Positions 34,101-43,100 of a stretch of 64,000 nucleotides of DNA are shown here, piece after piece. The notes beneath the pieces were generated by a model. It did no database searches and was not told where the DNA came from. It was given only the letters and a program-made list of their open reading frames with translations. The position numbers and the translations under genes were made by a program. The DNA lies in NCBI GenBank assembly GCA_040081625.1, contig JBEBGD010000008.1:37607-101606 (forward strand), given 5' to 3'. This stretch comes from Chthoniobacteraceae bacterium (lineage in GTDB: Bacteria; Verrucomicrobiota; Verrucomicrobiia; Chthoniobacterales; Chthoniobacteraceae). Numbering within the stretch: the first letter of the stretch is position 1; every line of letters begins with the position of its first letter.

Positions 34101-37100
34101 TTCTCACCAGCGGCGGCATCCTCGCCACCGGCGGCGGCACCCACACCCTGAGTGTGCCGGTGTATGCTGGCGGTGCGGTGCAGGACATCTTCAATGTCGA
34201 TACCGGCACGACCCTCAATGTCACGAGCGTGCTGACCGGCACGGGTGGATGGGTCAAGGCAGGCGCAGGCACGTTGACCCTCACGCCTCCCGGCAGCCCG
34301 ATCCTCAACCGCACCAGCAACACGATCACCGGCAATGCATCCGTCCTCGGCGGCACGGTGGTCCTGAATGGCGGCAACAACACGCTGCCGGCCAACCAAA
34401 ACCTGCTCGTCGGCCTCGGCGGCACGCTCGACCTCAACGGCAACTCGCAGTCGGTCGCGATTCTCTTCACGGACCTCGTGTCCACGGAGAATGGCGGAGG
34501 CACCATCACCGGCGGCGCGCTCTCGGGCAGCACGCTCGTGGTGAACCAAGGCGCCGCGGACCGCAACTGGGCGGGCAAACTCACGGGAGCCATGAGTTTC
34601 CTGCGCACCGGCGTGAACACCCTGTCGATGTATTCGGACAACGACTACTCCGGCAAGACGCTCATCGCTGGCGGCGCGACGACACTGCGCGACGGTGGTC
34701 GCCTCTCCGGCACGTCTGACATCGAGATCACCTACTCAACGCTGAACATCGACAACAACGTCGGATTCAGGGAAGACGCCAACCGCGTCAAGGACACCGC
34801 GCCGATTACGCTGCGCGGGGCCACGCTCTCCTTCATCGGACGCGCGCAGACCGCCTCGTCGGAAACCGTGGGCGATGTCACGCTGCGGCGTGGCATGTCA
34901 ACCATCACGAGTGCTGCAGGCGGCACCGGGATCAGCTCGGCGGACTTCATCCTCAACAGCTTCGACAAGGAGGGTGGAAACGGCGCAACCGCGCTCTTCT
35001 CCTCGAACCTCGGCGCGATCGGCAGCGTGGCGCGTATCATCATCAACACGCTCAACGGCAACCCGAACGCCAATACGACAGTCGGGGCCGGATTGACCAA
35101 TAACCTCATCGGCGGCTGGGCGATCACCGGGAACAACGAGTTCGCGACCTACATCCCCGGCCTCGGCGTGGCCAGCCTCAATCAAGTCGGCGCCCCGCAG
35201 TATCAACGGACCAACACCTTCGCCGGTGCGGCCGCGACCGACAACATTCGACTGACCGCCACCACGGCTGTCGTGAACGGTGGCGCGACGGTCAACGCGG
35301 TCAGCATGACCGGCGCAGCGATCAACCTGAACTTCATCACTGGCAGCGACATCCTGAACATCGTCAGCGGCGGCTTGATCGGCCCGAACAACAACCAGAC
35401 CATCGGCACGACCGCCCTCCGCGGCGTGATCACCGCAGGCGGCACCGCGAGCAGCGGGACGAACGACATCTACCTCTTCAACCGCACCAACACCGTCACG
35501 GTGAACTCGCGGATCGTGGACACCTCCACGGCGATCGGCAGCGGCACCGCGAATACGCGGTTCGTCCTCACCGCGGCGGGCGGCGCGATCACACTCGGAA
35601 ACGGGACCAACAGCTACACGGGCGGCACCGTGGTCAACGGCGGCACGGTGAACCTCAACGCCACCGTGGGCGGCGTCGTGATTCCGGCGGCGACGGACCC
35701 GTCCACGGGCCTCGTCCTCAACGGCGGCACGGTGACCATGTTGAACTTTGCCGGGCAGATCGATCCCGCGAACATCGTCACGATCAACGGTCCTTCGACC
35801 CTGAACCTGTTTGGCGACAACACGCTCGCCGGCCTCATCTTCCGCGATGATGGCGGCGGCACGACCGCTTCTGCTGTCAGCTCGAACTCCGGCACGTTGA
35901 CGCTCACCGGCGATGTGGTTTCCACGACCGCGAATGTCGCGTCCACCTCGATCATCAATGGTCGCGTGGACTTCGGCGCGACGCAGCGCACGTTTGACAT
36001 CAGCGCGACGCGCTTCAACGGCCAGGAACTCGCGGCACTCCTCTCGGACTTCAACATCCAGGGTATCCAAGGCTCCACCGGCGGCATCGTCAAAGCGGGC
36101 GACGGCGTGCTCCAGCTCAACGCCCAGCAGTCCTATTCCGGCATCACGACCGTGAACAACGGCCGCCTCCAGATCGGCCTGGCCAACGGCGGCTCCCGCC
36201 TCTCGGCCTACGACCTGACAACCCCCGGCGTCGGCATCAACCTGAACGGCCTCAGCACCGTCCTCGGTTCGATCGAAGGCTCGGGCTTCATCATCAACAC
36301 GTCCACGACTGCGGGCACGCTGACGACTGGCTTCAATGGCAACTCGACGACCTTCTCGGGCTCGTTCTTCCGCTTCAACGACGCGACGCTCGCCCCGATC
36401 AACCTCACGAAGATCGGTGCCGGCACGCTGACTTTGACGAGCAACGCCAACACCTCCGGCGGCACGCTCACCGTCAGCCGCGGCGCGGTGGTCTATAAGG
36501 ACGACGGCTTCCGCAACTTCATCACGGCAGCCACCGTCGTGAACGAAGGCGGCACGCTGACCCTCGACAACAGCGACGCGAACAGCACGGTCAACGTCAA
36601 CAACCGCCTCGGCGGAACCGGCGCGCTGACCCTCAACGGCGGCACGTTCAACGTCCTCGGCCGCGATGCGACCGCGACGACGGAGACCGTCACCACCGGA
36701 GCGCTGACCTTCGGGCCGAGCGCCTCGGCGGTGAACCTGACCGCGGGCGGCACCGGCGGCACGCTGGTTGTGACCTTCCCGAGCCTGGCGCAGGGAGCGT
36801 TCGGCACGGCCATCGTCAGCGGCACGAACTTGGGCATCGACACGAAGCTGGTCTTCACCGCCGCCCCGACGCTCGTCCCCGCGACGACCGGCATCCTGGC
36901 CCGCGTCGCGGTCGGCACGGACTTCGCGACCTACGCCGCCGGAACCGGTGTCGTCGCCTTCACCGGCTACACGACACGCACCGACATCAACACCGGTGCG
37001 GCAACCGAAACGGTGCGCGTGGACGCGACCTCGACCAACCTCAGCCTGAGCACCGCCCGGACGGTTAATGCGCTGAACGTCGTGGACGACGGCCGCACGA

Positions 37101-40100
37101 TCAACGCGCTGCCTGGCCTCCTGCCGACGCAGGGTCTCACGCTCACCAGCGGCGGCACGCTCGTGAACGGCAACAACGCAACGATCAGCGCTCCGGCGAT
37201 CGTGCTGGGCGGCGTGGAAGGCATCTTCCGCGTTAACGGCAATTCGCTGACTGTGAACAGCACCATCACCGGCACGGCGGGCATCACCAAGACCGGCACC
37301 GGAACGATGACGCTCGGCAGCCTCCAGTCCTACACCGGGGCGACGGCGCTCAACGGCGGCAACCTCATCCTCGGCGGTGGCAACAACACGCTGCTCGTGA
37401 CCCCGAGCGGCGGCGCCCCTGGCGTGGCCGATATCCAGCTCAATGGCGGTCTGCTCGACCTGAACGGCAGCAACCAGGCCATCCGCACCCTGCTGAATAG
37501 CAATACGCTGTCCTTCGTCGCGGGTGAAATCACCAACTCGAACGGCACAGCTGTCACGCTGACCTCGGCGATGAACGCCAGCTCAGTCTTCGGTGCGAAG
37601 ATCACGGGCAACCTCGCCTTTACCCGCTCGGGCAACAACACGCTCACCCTGCCGGACTCCCACACCTACACCGGTGCGACGATCGTCCGCGGTGGCGGCC
37701 TGACCCTGCAGGATCTCGGCGCGCTGAACAACACCAGCTCGGTGACGCTGAACTTCGGCACCCTGACGCTGAACAACGGCAGCTTCAATACGCTCGCGGC
37801 GCTCAACCCGAACCGCATCCCGGCGACCACGCCGCTAACCATGCGTGGCGCGACGTTTGCGATCACGCCTGGTGGATCGGTGGACAACACCCACACCCGC
37901 AACCTCATCACGATCCAGGCCGGCGGCGCGAATACCATTACCCTGGCTGGCGTAGTCGGCGGCACCAACACGATGACGGTCGGAAACCTCGTCCTGCCCG
38001 CGAACACGGGGACAACGCTGAACTTCGCGAGCGGCTTGGGTGGGCCGCTCTCGAGCGGAGCACAGGTCTTCCTGACTCAGTTCAACGGCGCTACTCCGGC
38101 GAACAACGCCTTCCTCGGCGCGAACGTCATCCACAACAGCGGTGACTACGCGAACTACAACACGGTGCAGGGTGTCATCAACTACGGCGGCGGCGCCTTC
38201 GGCACCAACACCGTCGCGGCCTACGCTGCGGCGCTCGCCAGCGGCAACAACCTGCCGACGAATATCTCGAATATGGGCGCGGCGGATCTCGCGGTCGCCG
38301 CGAACACGACCGGTGGCGCGCTCCGCTTCTCCGGCACGAGCGCCCGCACGATCACCTTCACCGCGGGCACCGAGGTGCTGAACCTCGCGCTCGGCGGCCT
38401 CCTGCGCAGCAACGAGGCCGGCGGCCTGACGGTCGGCACGACCGCTCTCCGCGGCGTCCTGACCACCGGTGGCACGGCAACCACGGGAACCACGGACTTG
38501 GTGATCTTCCACAACAACGGCACGATCACGATGAACTCGGTGATCGCGAACAACGGCCTCGGCAACCTGACGCGTCTCGTCAAGTCCGGTGGGGCCATGA
38601 CGCTCACCGCCGCGAACACCTACACGGGTGGCACGGTCGTGAATCAGGCCACGCTCACGATCAATGCGACCGCCGGTGCGGGCACGATCGTCATCCCGGG
38701 CGACATCACGCTGAACAACGCCACCCTCACCATGAGCACGGTTGACGGCCAGATCGCCGCGACCAGCAACGTGACGATCAACGGCACCGGCGTGCTGACA
38801 CTCACCGGCACGAACACGCTGGCAACCGTCACGTTCAGCACCAGCGGCGGCCCCGTCACGCCGAGCGTCGCAGCCGGCACGAACCTCATCCTCAGCTCGC
38901 TGACCCCGATCACCTCGACCAATGACAGCTACAGCTTCACGCCGACCATCTCCGGCACGTTGCTGACGCTGCAGGACGGCGCGGCGATCTCGACCGGCGG
39001 CCTCTCGCCGAACGACCTGATCATCTCGGCCCCGATCGGCACGACCGCCGCGACCCTGCCGCTCTCGAAGACCGGAGCCGGCTCGCTGATCCTCAGCAGC
39101 GCCACCAGCGCATTCGCGAACGGCTTCAACCTGAATGCCGGCAGCCTGATCTTCGCCAACAGCAGCGCGGGCACCCCGCCGACCCTCACCGGCGGCCCGA
39201 TCGGTGTCGGCACGCTCACGCTCGCCAATGGGGTATCCATCCTCAGCGACGGCACGGCCCGCACGATCGGCAACGCGGTGACCGTCAACGGCGGCTTCAC
39301 CTTCGGCACTCCGATCACAGCGACCTCGCGTGCCAATGCCGGTAACAACCTGACCCTGAGTGGCGTCGTCACCCTCGCCGGTGGCAACCACACGATCACC
39401 GTCGGCGGCCAGCTCATGACCGGCACGATCAGCGGCGTCCTCGCCGAGACCACGCCGGCCAACCTGATCAAGGACGGCAGCGGCACACTGGTCCTCTCCA
39501 ACGCCGCGAACACCTACACGGGCAATACGACGGTCAACGCCGGCGTCCTCCGCCTCGGCAACGCGAACGCGCTCCCGATCACCAGCCTCCTGACGATCAA
39601 TGCGGCGGGTATGCTGGACGCGACGGGCAGTCCGTTCATCAACAAGATCGCGGGCACCGGCGCCATCGGCAGCACGGCCAACACGACCCTCAGCATCGGC
39701 GGCATCAGCGCAGCCGACGTGACGACGGTTGAGAACAACACGTTCGGCGGTGTGATCGGCAACGGTGCCGGCACGCTCTCCCTCCGCACGGTCGGCGCGG
39801 GCAGCCTGACGCTGACTGGCGCGAACAACTACCTCGGCGCCACCACGGTGGCCAGCGCCACGCTGATCATCGGCGCGACGAACACCCTGCCGGCCACCAC
39901 GACGGTGATCCTCGGCACGCTCGGCGTCGGCGGCAGCGCGGGTAACCTGACCGCCTCCGGCTTCAACCAGGCCGTCTCCGGCCTGACCGCCGTGAGCGAC
40001 TCGGTGACCGCGAACATCCTCACCATCGGCGCTGGCCGGACGCTGACCGTCAACGGCAACGTCCTCCTCGGCTCCACTCAGGCGGCCATCACGACGACAA

Positions 40101-43100
40101 ATGTCACCGCGGCCGGCACCGGCACGCTCACTGTCCTCAACCTGACTGCTGGAGCGCAATTCCGCGTCGGCGGCACCGCTGCTGAAGGCAACACGACGAC
40201 CGTTGACCTGAGCACGTTGAGCGCCCTCAACGTCAGCCTGAACACGACCGACGGCATCTTCCGCGTCAACTCGACCAGCACCACGAACTCCGTCGGCAAG
40301 GCGACCCTGACTCTCCCGGGAACCACCGTCATCACGGCCAAGACCCTCGCAGTGGGCGATGGCGGCCAGTTCGCGGGCAACACGGCGAACCAGGTCAACA
40401 GCCTGCGACTCGGCGCGACCTCGACCACGATCAACGCAGATGCCGTCAACATCGGCACCGGCTTGCGCCAATTCGGTTCCATCACGTTCAACTCCGGCAC
40501 CGGTAGCATCACCATCCGCGACGCAGCGGGCACGGGCCGCGCGGCCTTCAACATGGGCACCACGGGTGGGGCCACCGGAGTGGTCACCTTCGACAGCACC
40601 AACGCGAACACGTTCAACGTGACCGGCCACAATGCCGACCTGCTCCTCGGGGCGGTCGCCATCGGCACGCAGAATCGCGGCGATACGCTGACGAGCACGT
40701 TCTCGTTCGATACCGGAACCCTCGACATGACCAGCCTGGCGATGTCGATCCGGACGGGCACGCCGCTCGGCGGAACGCACACGACCAACAGCTTCGTGAA
40801 CCTCGGCGGCGGAACGGTCATCATCGGCGACGGCATCCTGATGGGCCAGACCGCGACCGGCGACAACGTAGCCAACGCGACCGTCAACATCTCCGGCGGC
40901 ACCGTTACGATCGGAAACACGGCTGGAACCTCAATCGGCATGGCATCTGCCGGCACCGGCACGACGGCCACGGCAACGCTGAACCTCACGGGTGGATCGA
41001 CCACGATGAGCGGCGACATCGTCAACATCGGCGGAACTGGCACGTCCTCGGCCACGGTGACCCTCAACGGCGCCACGGCGCTGCTGAACATGGGCGGCAA
41101 CTCCATCGGTGGCGTGACCCCGGTGACCTTCAACCTCGAGGCCGGCACCCTGCAGAACCTCGAAGAGTTCAACAACGGCGCGGACCTGATCAAGACCACC
41201 GCGGGCACGGTCGTCGTCAGCGGCACGAACACCTACACCGGCAAGACGCTCGTCAACGACGGCATCGTGCGCGTCGGCTCGGCCGAGACGATCCCGGATG
41301 GATCCGAGATCGTGATCGGCGCCCCGGGCACCTTCGACCTCGACGGCTTCTCCGAGACAGTCGGCGGCCTGAGCGGCTCGGGCATCGTGACGAACTCACA
41401 TGCCACCAACAACGGGTTGCTCATCGTCAACTACAATGGCGGAACTGACTCGACCTTCTCCGGCCAGATCACCAATGGCGGCGGCAGCGGCACGCTCAGC
41501 CTGACCAAGAGCGGAACCGGTAAGCTGATCCTGAGCGGAACGAACACCTACGCAGGTCTGACGTCGATCAACGGCGGCATCCTGAGCGTGGGCGACAGCA
41601 CCAACCTAGGTGACGCCTCTGCGACCAACGGCCTGGCCTTCAATGGCGGCACGCTGGAAGCGACCGGCACCTTCGGCCTCGGCAGCAATCGCGGTATCGT
41701 CCTGAACGCTGGCGGCGGCACGATCAGCGTCACCGGCTCCAACATCCTCATTGCATCGGGCGTCGTGAGCGGCGGCGGAGCATTGACGAAGGCTGACGCC
41801 GGCAAGCTGATCCTCTCCGGCAGCAACACGAACAGCGGTGCAGTCGCGATCAACGGCGGCGTGCTGAGCGTCGGCGCCAGCGACAACCTCGGCGACGCGT
41901 CCGCAACCAACGACATCTCGATCGACGGCGGCACCCTCGAGTCCACCGGCACGTTCGACCTCGGCAACGCTCGCGAAGTCGCGCTCGGCGCAGGCGGCGG
42001 CACCATCAAGGTGACCACCGGCAACGCGCTGACCGTCTCCGGCACCATCAGCGGTTCGACCACGCTGACCAAGACCGACGATGGCACCCTCGTCCTGAGC
42101 GCCACCAACACCAACAGCGGTGAAGTGGCGATCAATGGCGGCACGGTGAGCATCGGCGCGAGCGGCAACCTCGGCGACGCTTCGCCGACCAATACGGTGT
42201 CGCTCGCGGGCGGCACGCTCGAGGCGACCGGAATCTTCGGCCTCGGCAGCAACCGCAGTATCGCGCTCGGCGCAGGCGGTGGCACCATCAAGGTCACGGC
42301 CGCCAACATCCTGATCGCTTCCGGCGTCGTCAGCGGTAGCACGACGCTGAACAAGACCGACTCCGGCACGCTGATCCTCAGCGGCACGAACACCAACAGC
42401 AGCCTGGTGGCCGTCAACGGCGGTGTCCTCAGCATCGGATCGAGCGACAACCTCGGTGACGCCTCGGTGACCAATAACCTCGCCCTTGCAGGTGGCACCT
42501 TGAAGGTTACGGAAACCCTCGACCTGACCAGCAATCGCTCAGTCGCCCTCGGCGTCGGTGGCGGCACCGTCGAAGTGGATGCCACCAAGACGGCGACCGT
42601 GTCCGGTGTGCTCAGCGGCAGCACAGCGTTCAGCAAGACGGGCAACGGAACGCTGGTCCTCTCGGGCACCAACACCAACAGCGATCTCGTGGCGGTCAAT
42701 GCCGGCACCTTGGAGATCGGCTCCAGCTCGAACCTTGGCGATGCCTCGGCCACGAACACCCTCGCGCTCGCAGGCGGCACGCTGAAGAGCACCGGTGCAG
42801 CCGTCGATCTCACCAGCAATCGCTCGGTCGCCATTGGCGCAGGCGGCGGCACCTTCCAGGTCACCAGCGGCAATACGCTGACGGTCTCCGGCGGGATCAG
42901 TGGCAGCACGGGCATGAACAAGACCGACGCGGGCAAGCTCGTCCTGAGCGGCGACAACAGCGGCTTCACCGGCTCGACGACGATCCAGGGCGGCACGCTC
43001 TCGGTCGGCAGCGACAGCAACCTTGGCGGAACCTCTGGCATCGTCTTCAACGGCGCCGGCGCGACATTCGAGGTCACCGATTCGTTCTCGACGACCAAGG

